From Seison nebaliae (lineage: Eukaryota), in contig JALJEE010000763.1 of assembly GCA_023231475.1 (NCBI GenBank), positions 1 to 64,000 on the forward strand: a stretch of DNA of 64,000 nucleotides. The letters are read 5' to 3'. This document shows, in pieces, positions 27,530-40,200 of this stretch. Within the stretch, counting starts at the first letter, position 1; every line of letters begins with the position of its first letter. The notes beneath the pieces were generated by a model. The model had not been told where the DNA came from. It worked only from the letters and a program-made list of their open reading frames with translations, and ran no database searches. The position numbers were made by a program, and so were the translations under genes.

Positions 27530-29132
27530 ATGGGAAGAATTAAGAAACCGGATAATTTTACGGTAAACCAAAAAAAGGAGGATGGTGAAAGGACGAACAA
27601 TGAGAAAATTACGGCAATGTTGATGGAATTGAGTGTGTATGAGAAGAATATTACTCGAAATCATCATAAGGCAAATATTTATAGAAAAGCTGCTCAGAAT
27701 GTAACTAGATTGGAGAAGCAAATAATTAACGGTGATGAGGCACAAAAGACAATTGAAGGAATTGGAAAGAAGATAGGGAAGAAAATAGACGAATTATTAA
27801 CTACAGGCAAGTTGAAGAAATTGGAAGAAGTTACGTTGTCGTTTAAGATAATTGTAATTGTTTAATTAAAAAAATATATGTTTTAAATAAGATTAACTTG
27901 TCTAATTTAATGTGCTAATACATTTAGAGATATTGCAAAAATGTTGTATGAAGTTTATATTGATGATTAGTTATAATAGTTGGAATTTCAATAGTTTTTT
28001 CTTTGAAAGAATAAGTATTAAAAGAAGAATTTTTTGTGACACTATGGAAAATTGATGCTGTAATTTTGTTTTAGATTGAAGAAAATTCGGATATGAAAGC
28101 TATTCAATTAATGAGTAAAATTAATGGAATTGGGTTAGTTGAGTTTGTAGTGAGAGTAACGATTTCCTGTAGACCAGTGTTGGCGCATACTTTGGTTCTC
28201 GAAAAGAACATCAAAACGATCACCGTACTGAAACAACATGAATCTTTATTGAATCATTCTCAATTAATTGGATTGAAGTTATTGTAGGAATTTTTTATTA
28301 TTCGATCGTCTTTTCCTTAAAGATATTTCGATGAGATTCAAATACCTATTCCAAGAGAGGAGATGAAAAAACATTATGAATTTTTAAAGAACAAGATTAG
28401 TGGAAAAGAATTGATCATGGAAATTGTTGGTAGTTATCGACGTGGTTGTCCATCAAGTGGCGATATTGATGTACTGTTAACTCATCCAAAATATTTTTCG
28501 ACTAATTCAGGAAAAACGAAAGATTTGGAGATTTTAATCGAAAGTTTGTCCTCAGTAGATTATATCATCGAGACGATATCTTGTGGAAAGATGAAGTTTA
28601 TGGGGATTTGTCAATTACCGTCTAATTCTAATGAAACATCATCGAAGAAAAGTTTTCTCTTAAACTTTCTATGGGAGAATTTAATGGAATTATTTCTATT
28701 CGTTTTGTATCTCGTTATCAAACAGGAAACCATAATAATTCTGATAAAAATGATAATGGGAAAGGAGAAATGGATAGTGAAGTAAAAAAAACGAAGAGGA
28801 ATCCGATCAAAGAACGAAAGTCAGAAATGAAAGAACATCGTAAGAAGAAATTGAATGAGAATATCTTCCGACGTTTAGATGTGACATTTACACCAATCGA
28901 CCATTATTATTGCGCCATTCTTCATGCCACTGGTAGTGATGAGTTTAATCGTCGTCTCCGTCAACATGCGTTGGATAATGGATATCGTTTGAACGAGAAA
29001 ACTCTTCGAAAGTTTCGTGTTGATGAGAAAAGTAAAGAAATGATTTTCGATGAACCTATTCCGATCAAGAGCGAGGAAGACATATTCCGTATAATCGGTT
29101 ACAAGTATCATTCACCTTCGGAACGTGGTTGA
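27530..29132 (+). CDS. POLB: DNA polymerase beta (X family), 5 exons
   Basis: Lyase domain HKANIYRKAA...GIGKKIGKKIDELLTTGKLKKLE; then VGSYRRGCPSSGDIDVLLTHP, KFMGICQL, RRLDV, TGSDEFN and EEDIFRIIGYKYHSPSER. No BRCT domain. Confidence 0.93.
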
Positions 29133-32100
29133 ACAGAGTATTCCAAATGTAAAATTAGAACTTGATAGATGTTTGATTTGACATCGATTGATTTTCACAC
29201 TCTCTTTCTCTTCTAATAACACTCTCCTTCTTTGAAAGAATGATGTGTCTGTTTGTGAGTATGTGTACTGAAAGTCATCTAATTCGATGGAGGAGGATGT
29301 TCTTCTAATTGAGAAAGTTGATTATCGATTAATTTCATTCAAAATAAAATTATTTTCCTTTTTTCCCCATTTTTATTTCCATTTTCCATATGATTGCAAT
29401 TCATGTGGTTGAATTTCGATTAAAACGATCAAGTTAATCACATGAAGTTCACTTCATTTCAAATGTAATGATGGAAGTAGATTGATGATCCGATATTGAA
29501 TTAAGAATAATTTTCTTGATAATATCCGGTTTAATAAAAGAACTTTAAAAGGAAATAAGGAAATGGAATGAAATTGAACGGAAATATATTATCATCTCAC
29601 TTCATACTGTTCCAAACTTTCCCACTGTTACACTCATTTTCCTTCATGACGGTGTTAAATGATACGAATTTAATCTTCCATGGATCTATGAATAACGATA
29701 ATGGCGGCAGGTTGATTGACAAGGAAAGATAATCTAATTGATATTTCTCCTAGTAACTTTTGAAGAATAAACTTAATTTGAATGTTGATGATGTTTCATA
29801 TGAGAAGACACAATGTTCTCTCATTGAAAGAAAAAGAATCACAAACCACACAGATGGTACATTTTTCGTCATGAAATTGTTAGTTAGAAAGGCAGGGGAA
29901 GAATTAATTGAATTATAATGGGAAAGGAGAAATATGAGTAAATTCATCGAACTATTTAGTTCATATTTCACAGTTGTTCAAATTGCTTATGCAAATGAGA
30001 TGATATCAGTTTTGTTTTCTCTTTTTTTACGGATACTACCAACACTGTTATTGTGTTTTGTGGTGTTAATGGTTGATGTTATCAAATTGAGAATGTGAAT
30101 TCCTTTCATTACTTTTTCTTTATTCTACATTTCGTCCACATTCCTTCTTTCCTCTGACACTTGCTCGTACAATTCTTAATTCTTCATTCGACCTGATCGT
30201 TACTAGACTAAACTTTAAATTGATGTCAATATTTAATTAGACGGTTATATCTGACTAGATTTGTCATCAATTCGAATATTCCATCTGTTGATATGAGTCG
30301 AATTCACTCGAATAAAGTAATGCTGTTGATTCTTCTTATTTGGTGGAAGGATGTTGTTCATTATATTTGTTATTGAATTAAAAATGTTGTCGATTCCAAA
30401 GAATCCTAAATAACATCTTCACTTTTGTCTCCATCCCACTTTCCATTTGACAAATCCATTACAACATTCTTCTCCATCAATTTCAAGCTTTCATCTCATC
30501 ACTACTCATCGAGTTCTATAACTGATGGGAGTTATCTACGTATACGGTTTTCATTCGAGAATACAGTTCAAACGAAGATATCGTTCTCATTTGAAAGAAA
30601 AAAAGAGAATCCGAACCCTGTAGACTTCTATCTAATCTCTACCAATTCGCAACATTAGATCACAGAAACATTGAACTTTCTCTTCTATCGTAATTGTTTG
30701 ATGTTCAACAGTTTACAAGAACAAGATACAATTCGATTCTATGACTACGTTACCTCTTTTTAATCAGTTATCGATCAGTTCCCTAAGAGATTGTTGGAAA
30801 TCTAGAATTTCCATATTCAACCATTTCCCAATTGTTGACTGCTCTCAAACCGTTTTCCGGTTCATTCAACTAGAATATTTAATCGGATCGTTTTTATTGG
30901 GAAAACATTTATTAAACGGATGAAAAAAAGGGGTAATGTTTCTAATTTAACTTCGAATTTATAAAGGTCCACATATTATTAATAACAGATATAAATATGT
31001 GTGTCAATTCTCTTTCATTCCCATATAATGATCAGTTATTTATCATCTATCACCAGTCACATTCCATATGGGTGTGAGAGGAGATATGACGAAATGTTGC
31101 GTTGGATTAACGTCCGATGAATATAATAAATGTTTTTCTTATGGATATATCAGTTTAATATCGGAGATGGACGATCATCAGATAGTCACAAAGAAATTTT
31201 TGTTATTTGTATATTATATTGTATGATAATGTATGATATCTTTCCTTATTAATACAATTCCATTAACTTCTTTTCGTGATTCTTTTAATCATTCCAATTA
31301 TTATTAGATTTATTCTCTACTTTCCCCGATTAAGTCATCGAAACAAAAGATTACTGAGAGACAATTTGGTCGTTCTGACATGGCAGAAATGGTGGGCGAT
31401 AAATCTTCATTCGCTCTAACTGACAAGTTGGTATTTTTAACAATTTTTTAATTATTCAAAACAATTGTAATGAACGATTTACCATTAATATATATGACGA
31501 ATTTCCATGAAAATGTAACCTTTCAAACTTATTATAAAGTACTATAAACTTTAATTCTTTCTATAAGAAAGGGAAATGGGAATCTTAAACGACAAGAGTG
31601 ATGTATCTGCATCAACAAAATTTATGCCTCATTTTAAGAATATGGTGAGAATATCACAAAATGTCATTTAAATTTAATTCATTAGATTCTTTGTTTAAAT
31701 AACAAACTTTCGTTTTCAAATATTTTAATGGGAGATATATGGAATAATAGTTGATATAATACCATCACAATATGAAACTTCATAAAAAATGTAGTTATTC
31801 TAAGAAATTAAAATTAAACAAAATTCAGTTTTCTCCGTCCAACCGAACATCAGGAATTGATGTGTATCAGATTCCGTTATTATTACCTATCAATTATTGC
31901 ATCATAATGGTTTATCATTTTTTGAATACATGTTATATAATGTGAAGTTATCTTGTACTGCATGATATAATTGTAAAATAATATTATGTTTTGTAAGTAA
32001 TATAATTGTGTAATGTTAAGTTAACACTGTTAACACTTATAATTATAACAGTCGGTTTATTTCTCAAAATGTAAATAGGTTTCATTTCTTAGGAAATAAT

Positions 32101-32847
32101 ATACAAATTTTTTGCTGAAATGCTCGTCTATTTGTAACGGTAAATTCGAGGGAAGAAATTTAAATTAATTCTCTCAAATGGTGGTTTTGAATAATTAATC
32201 ATGTGCAGTCAGCGGAAAGTTAACGTAAACGAGAAATTGGAATAATAATGTACAATAAGGTAATTTATAAAGTTACCTGACTTGATTTTAGTTTAGTTGA
32301 ATTGATTCTGAATGAATTAAATGATTTTGTAGAAAAAAGTTAAACGATGATTATTTTCATGTTGAATGTTCTGAGCACTTTAGAGATGTTAGACATTAGG
32401 ATGTAAACAAAAATGAAGAAAAGGAAACGTGGAGATGGAAAGGTATGAGAAGTATTCAATGGGAACATCTCACGTATACACTTCTCATCATCAATTTCAA
32501 AGAACAAAGTTTTGAAGACTTTTGTCTCAAACTTTTGCCCTTCACTCTCTTCGTTTCATTTGGTTTGACCTTCGACTAAATATGTTTATTTGAGGCTCAA
32601 CCATCGACGATTAAAGCAGAATTGTTTGAAATCCTATTATAATATTGAATTTTCTTCGTTCAATTCGATGAGATAATATCATCAATTTATTTATTTCCTT
32701 TTATTTTAAAATTTAACATCTTCTAGTGAAACGATATTGCATAAATCAAGTTACTATCTCCAGTTGAATCAACAAACTAGCGAGCTGACAAACCAACGTC
32801 ACCATTCTCACCAACAACTTAGTGATGATGAGAAAACAAATAATTAT

Positions 32848-34212
32848 ATGTCAAGTTATTTGAATAAACTTTCAGATCAGAGCCGAAAGAAACGAAATAA
32901 GTCGAATGAAGAGAAACCTTCAGTTTCATCTGATGAATCATTGATATCTGTCTATTCTCTCATCACTTATTTTGATAAACAGCCGAAACAACAACCATCT
33001 GATTCTGGACATAGTTCGAACTACGACGATTGCTCATCAAGTGAAGAATCGAATGAAAATAAAAGAAAAACTTCAAACAAGTCAAACAACTTAACAAGTC
33101 GGAACAATTTGAGAAAGTTCGATGATAATTTCTTAAATTATCTCTTATTATATAATAACGATCACCAATCAACTGGTGACACGAACACTGTTACGGAAAT
33201 TAATCAAGTCAACAACAAAAATAAAGAACATCAGCTTATTACACCAAAAGAAGAAGAACTTTCAACTAATTCGTTTCAAACTGACAATTTAGAACCAAAC
33301 ACTTCTCACTCGCATAATAATCCAATTTTCCATATAATTTCTTCTTCTTTCCCGTCGTGCTTACAATCTTCGTCGAGAAATAGAGATAAACAAGAAGGAG
33401 AAATGGAAACAAATCATCATTCCGATAACGTACCAGATTTATTCGTTCGAGCAGGAATGGATAATCGATCATATGGTGCTTGTCCTTTCTGCCAACAGAT
33501 TTTTATGGCTCTCTTATTAAAAGCAGATAATGAAAATGGCTTGCTTAAAGATTTTACTGTTACAGCAATAAATTTAAAAAATCCTCCAGCTAATTTCAGA
33601 AATATCTGCAGAGCGGCTCGTGTGCCCGTATTTGTTCACAATGAACAACTACTAACAGATGTATTAGAAATTCATGATTATATCGATTATACATTTCAAT
33701 CAACCGAAACTGATGAACATGAGAAATTTCTTAATGATATCTATCCAAGCACTTTGGCTACAAAAGCAATGATGGATGTTTATTATCGGTTTACTCATTT
33801 AATCAGATCATCCGATAGAAGTCGATCGGAATATTTAAAAAATAAACTTGTAAATGAACTAGAAAAAATCAATCAATTTTTGAATGACGCTGATGATGCT
33901 AGTCGGTCTACAAGAAGACGGTTTTTATGTGGAAATGAATTGACACGAGTTGATTGCGAACTATTACCTAAACTACAACATATTAGAGTAGCTGGTAAAG
34001 CTCTGGTCAATTTTCAAATACCAGAAAATTTAACAAATGTCTGGAAATATTTGGGATATGCATATGATAATGAAATTTTCATAAAAACGTGCCCAAATGA
34101 TTTAGAAATTGTGGACAGGTGGGCTTCTACCATTAAACGAAGTTACCAATCCAATTCAGTATCCAAAGATATTTCCACTTCCCTTCCATCTGGTATTTTA
34201 TTAATTGATTAA
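32848..34212 (+). CDS. CLIC: Chloride intracellular channel (CLIC/EXC-4 family, GST fold) with a low-complexity N-terminal extension
   Basis: Motifs LFVRAGMDNRSYGACPFCQQIFMAL and FLCGNELTRVDCELLPKLQHIRVAG...VWKYLGYAY...FIKTCP. The first ATG is at 32848, but the frame is open from about 32737, so an upstream exon is possible. Confidence 0.92.
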   Translation: MSSYLNKLSDQSRKKRNKSNEEKPSVSSDESLISVYSLITYFDKQPKQQPSDSGHSSNYDDCSSSEESNENKRKTSNKSNNLTSRNNLRKFDDNFLNYLLLYNNDHQSTGDTNTVTEINQVNNKNKEHQLITPKEEELSTNSFQTDNLEPNTSHSHNNPIFHIISSSFPSCLQSSSRNRDKQEGEMETNHHSDNVPDLFVRAGMDNRSYGACPFCQQIFMALLLKADNENGLLKDFTVTAINLKNPPANFRNICRAARVPVFVHNEQLLTDVLEIHDYIDYTFQSTETDEHEKFLNDIYPSTLATKAMMDVYYRFTHLIRSSDRSRSEYLKNKLVNELEKINQFLNDADDASRSTRRRFLCGNELTRVDCELLPKLQHIRVAGKALVNFQIPENLTNVWKYLGYAYDNEIFIKTCPNDLEIVDRWASTIKRSYQSNSVSKDISTSLPSGILLID

Positions 34213-37200
34213 TTTAAAAGTTTTTTTGATATATAATTTGTGTTGCAAAATTTGTAAGTTCATAAAAAATTATTTTAGTTTACTTCTCTTACTATTTGTC
34301 AATAATTTAGCGAGACATTCACCCCAACAAAATATTGTAAAAAATTGTCAGGCCAAGGGCTCGCAAATAATTTGGAATAAAGTTATAAAAGGGTAAAACC
34401 CTAATTTATTCAGATTAGAATTCGTATTATATAACATAAACCCTAACATACGTGTTGATAAATCAAGAATCGGTCAAGTCACACATTTAAATACCAAAAA
34501 ACCTAAAGCTTCCATTTTTTACTTATCATTTTAGAATAAACAATAACTTCTTTATAATAAAAGAGATATACAATAGGACGACATTTACATAACTTCCACA
34601 TCAAAATATTTTTTGTTTAATTTTAAATTACTTAAATAATTGAAATTTGAAAATAATTGTATTAATAATTGATTAATATTGTATGATGACGATAATATCG
34701 AATTAGCAATGAATGAAATCCGTTAAATTATGTGTTTCTTATGTGAAAAAGTCGATTTTGTGAATTAGTAAAGTTGCGGTGAAATTGTAGAGAAATTTGC
34801 GAAAAGAAAAAAGGGAATCAAAAAAGTTCCAATTTAATTATAAGAAGATTTCCATTAGATTGATGTATTCATCCTGTGAATGGGTTTTACTTTCCTTTTA
34901 AATTTTTCGGGTTTGCCTTTTGCTGGCAGAATCCTCTAATTAACCAATAAATCGGTATTAATTGTAGATTTATACATTTATTCCTCTCATAAAAAATATA
35001 TATGCATATCAGGTATAATTGAAACAACGCGAATTCAAAATTCCCCTTGAATTCTATATTCCAAAATAGAATTTTAAAATACATTTAATGCTCATTTTCC
35101 TTCAGATTATCAAAGAAAGAAAAATTTTATTTATAATGTCATATTACTTCGATATCTTTCGCACTTTACGATAAATTGTATCTGTCATACGCATAATATA
35201 TATAAATATATATATAACAAAACTATATCATCATATATACTATTATCATCGAAAAATGAACATCATTTTTCATAATAATGTGTATAAGATTAACTTATTC
35301 GTTAAATAGATTTCGTGATAGGTCGAATAGTGAAATCAGAAAAACTATAATTTAAAGATTCATGATTGGAATAATTGGAATATTCTATTCTGACGGAATC
35401 TCTATTTTATTTCGTCCATTACAATTTCCTAGAAAATGGGACAGAACGAACATTTATCGAAATGGAAATTGAATTTTCATAATTGATACGAAAACTAAAT
35501 GTCCATTAATAAGAACGTTATACGTCTTCATAAATTTTTATTCGTATCATTCTTATTAATTATTTTAGTCAAATTTCCTTAAATATCAAGAACTTTGACA
35601 ACAAAGTGATAACGTTAATTTACAAGTTAATGATATTTTAATATGTCGTATCAAACTTTTGTTGGAGATGTAATATCATTTAACCGATGTTAATTTAGAG
35701 ATCATATAATCAATATTTGTTTAAAATATTTTTTCTTAATTAATAACATCTTACATTTTTTTGTTTCAAACACCAATATAATGGTATTCTACCACAAATC
35801 TTATCACCTCGTATTACAGAATTTATCTGAAGTTACATTAATTACCAAATCTATCCAATTTCAGTTTCTAAGAACTTGACATAAAATTCTTGAATTTAAT
35901 AAAAAATTAAGTTTTTTATACAATTAAGTCAAAGTAATTAGAAAATATAGTTTTGAAGACGAAAAAGAGATTGTTATTAATGATGCCTTTTAAGTTGAAA
36001 TAAAGTAATATTAGCGGCTTTTTAATCATTTTACAATATGTTCCTCCTGTTTCCCAAAATCTCTTCGTCCAGGAATCTTTGCTAAATATTTGTATGAGAA
36101 AAGAAATAGTATAAGAAATTATTACTTGATATAATTATGAATGTAATTTTTAACTAGAGATAATTCCATAAGTTGAATTTTAATATCATTAAATATATGG
36201 TATGACGTAATTTTGTAAAGAATTTCTTTAACGACATTCCAAAATAGGTAATTAAGTATAATTTGAAATAGTAATAGTTAGAAATATTTTCATTGAAAAA
36301 TGTAGGTCATTCTTATTTAATTTCCGTTAGGATTATTAACAGAAAACTGTGGAATAAAACAGTAGCGCGTTTCTTTTCAATAGTATTAAAGTTTTGATAT
36401 GTGTGGAAGTTGAAGAATAAGATGAAGAAATATCAATTTCAAAAAGAACCCTAACACATAAAGGTTTTATAAGAAGTTACCCACGAATATGTTCGTGAGA
36501 AAGGAATCTGTAAAATATTTCCATTCGGTATAACTACCAATAAAAATTATTAATTTTAAACATAACGAGAAATATTGATTTTTATTATACGGAGAAGAGA
36601 ATTCACGTCATGAAAAAATTATGTATTTTACCTTACGTGTTACCATTATAATTAGAAGATATAGAAATTATAAGATTCGTAGTGATCTTCTCACTTTCTT
36701 TTCAATAAGTTCCAACTGAATAGAAAAGGATATAGAATTACCTACATGAAAATGAGTTCGAGGAAAACTACATGAAGATGAGTCGTGAGAGAAAATAATT
36801 ATAAACCAAATAGAAATATCACAGGAAAAAGGTTTAACACCGAACACCACTCAGCTCTTGGCTGATGGAGAGTTTTTAGCACATATCCAAGGCAACTTCC
36901 TTCAATTTAAGACTTGTGTAGTTCTTTTTTTTAATTGTATATTAGAGCAAAATTGTTTTGAGTTAGATGATGCATTTTTTATTTCTAGATACGATATGTT
37001 ATGTGCATCCAATTTTGTAGAAAATATCGATCTTCTTCTTCCCATTAATTGGTTGGGATCATTTGAAATTATTTGACGACAGAATATCGCGAATTTAGTA
37101 TTCGACATTTTACATAAATTTCATATTAATAATAACAAATATGGAAAATCGGTTACCGGTGACTCATTTTGGGCAAATGCTATTTCTTTCCAAAGATGTA

Positions 37201-40200
37201 ATGTGACATTTCGTTGACAGATCTTGACCATTAATTTGGAGGATAGATTCATTTCTATCCTAGAAAAGTAAAAAAATTTTCAACGACCATTTAACAGTTA
37301 TATTTTATTGAAAAAATGGTTTGAGACAAATGAATTTATGTTTTTAATTTCATCCTATTTCTTCTACCTTTCTTTTCGGAAAGGTCTTCTATTTCGGGGA
37401 AAAATGATGCTAATCAATAAACAGTTCCAATTATTTTATGAAAAGAACAATATGGATTATGAAATAAAATTTATATTAAACATTATAAAAAAAATATATC
37501 CGTCTTATCCTAATTATATTGTTGAAGAAGAAAGAATGTGATGGAATTATGATAGATGTTTGCATGAATACTGTTGAACGGTCTTTTGTGGAAGTGGACG
37601 TTAAAGTTTTCCGGTCAACAGTCGTCTTTCATTTAGCTCTAAATAATGGAGATGGGCAATTGAATTAGCATGCACCAATTACATTCAAGTGTTTGTGGTG
37701 TTTATTGAAATACTGAGGAGTGATATTGTTTGAAATAGTTTTAAGGAAGGATTTTAATTATGGATAAGTTAACAAAAGAGAAGGAAAGTAGATTGGATAA
37801 ATTTTCTTCTTAAGATTTCATTTGAACCTTTCAGCCATATAATATCCAATACATAGAGTACCCAACGTACTATACTATAATACAAAATGAAACATTGGAT
37901 TTTCTTCTTCATTTTTTTCATTCATTCCAATAAGATTTAACGATGTTGCTTGTCAAATACTACTCTATGAATATATGCAATTAAATTGGATGCTTCGCAC
38001 GAATTACGGATAAAAAATGCAAATTCATATAACTATTCCTATTTTCAATGTATATCCAGCTACAAATATCAATGAACTAGTTGGGAAATTTTGGAAATTT
38101 TACAATGTCTTTTATTCTTCTAATGAACTCATAAGGATATGGTAGAATTTATGAATGATATTGGATAAGGTGAAGAATAGAATAGAAAATGAAATAGATC
38201 AAGCATAAAAATGTTCATCATTCCAATCGTTCATAACTTCTGGAATTAACGATTGTGGTGAATCACATATACGATGTCGACCTGTAGATTATTGATTTTA
38301 AAATCCTTTTCTACAGGAAATTTGTTTATTCCCATCTACATTTTAGGGAAACATTTGGAGAAGCGTTGTCAAACATTTTCTCAGTGTGAAATGACCATTT
38401 GAATGAGCTCCCGGTTATTCTTCAACTAATGTATCTATTGGGAGTTGAAAACACTCGACATTAAGAATGGAATAGAACATATGGATATTTTGAAATGGTT
38501 GTTTTAATATGTATTATGTACATAATTTCTATATAGTTCTCCTGACGCATCATGTAAGATTGTATAATCATTATTCTTATTTATTTAAGCACTCTCATTT
38601 ACACATACGGCCACTTATTCTCCCTACGTGTATACATAAGTTTGGCTACGTATAATTTCTTATCCAAATCTAAGACAAGAATGTTCATATAGATGGTACA
38701 TACAAATGGTGTTAACACACCGGCTGCCTTCATTCATATGTATACAGATGAAATTGATACAAAATTTTAATTTAATTGTAGAAGAATCAATTGTATCATT
38801 ATACAATTGTTATACAACATTAAAGCTATATTACGAACCGAAAGTAGTCGAATATTTTATACTTTGAGTTTATATAGTCCTTTTTGTATAAACTCGAATG
38901 TACATGTGTATATTTGCAATATTCTCATCCTATTTATTTGTCTGTGAAAACGAAATGAAGCTGAACGATTGCCCGAATCGTCGAAGGTCATCCAAAGCAA
39001 AAAATGGAGGAATTTGAGTGTTGGTGTTGATTTTTCACATTTTACCTACCTCCTATTTCCTAATTTAAATTATAGAAGAGGAAGTCGCTTTTTTATATTT
39101 CATTTTCATTAACTATAATTAGACGATAATTATTCGCAGCTAATAAAAAATGGAAGCGGCTGATCTATTCGTTCCGATTTGAAGTAGATCAATTATTTTG
39201 ATAAGCTAAATTGAACGTATGTTTTGAGATTCATATGTAGACGAAGAAGTCGATTTGTCGGATTATAACTATTACTGTTTATTTAAATTTAGTCTTTTCT
39301 AATGATTAATGGACAAGATGCGGTGAATGAAATTCATTTCACCTTGAATGATTAATCTGAATTGAATAGAATAGCCAACTCATATGTACAGCGACTTTAG
39401 GACAAAAGAGCCGTTGGACAAGACACCCACGGCCATAAAAATGAACAGACTAAAGTTCTACGGAGAAAAATAATATGAAGTTTTCAATCATTGAAGTACT
39501 CAATCGTTCTTTTTTTTATTGATTTTAATTGGCATTTTAATTTTTTAATTTTTACAAATGCAATATATTATTTCCGATAAATGAATGATCATTCGAGTAA
39601 TTTGAATCTCTATTCAAAGAGATGATACTATTAGATCATAATCAATGACCAACCCACTTTTCTCAATTATTTCATTTAGGTTAGCTTCATATGTTGACTG
39701 TTATTGTTAGTTAGATAGGTAAGGAAGTTTTACTTCGTTCACACAATTGAATGTATATTCAGGTAGATGATAATTCAATGTGGTTCCTTATGTTCTATTG
39801 GACCATTTTCTTGTTGTAATCGAATTCTATGATTATTTCATAATTTCACAGAAATTATCTACAATGTCACCAAATGGTAATTACTTTTTTTATCTTTCCC
39901 AAATAATACAGTAAACATAAACTTTCTTAGATAAAACATAATGGGCGAGACGGAACGTTTTAAAAGTTTAGATAAGACCAACTCCCCAAGTATGTAAGAG
40001 AAGGATTGTGCTGTAGTTGAAATGAAACTTATAGTTGAATTGGATCATAATTAACAATTGATTCCTTCGAGAAAACTTCTTATTATTTCTTCCCAATCGA
40101 TTGCCATTGAAACCGATATTGTGTTAAATCATTTTTCATCTTTTTTTAACCATCCTTCCTATTATTCAATTTTAATTTTTCGATAGATGGATGAAGAGTA

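Noticed and set aside
34388..36456. Isolated AACCCTAA telomere-like words near 34397, 34439 and 36447
   Set aside because: Single units rather than tandem arrays; expected occasionally by chance.
38281..38317. Hairpin CCTGTAGA...TCTACAGG with superficial similarity to miR-10
   Set aside because: It is only 37 nt, the stem does not extend, and the miR-10 seed (ACCCUGU) is not matched.
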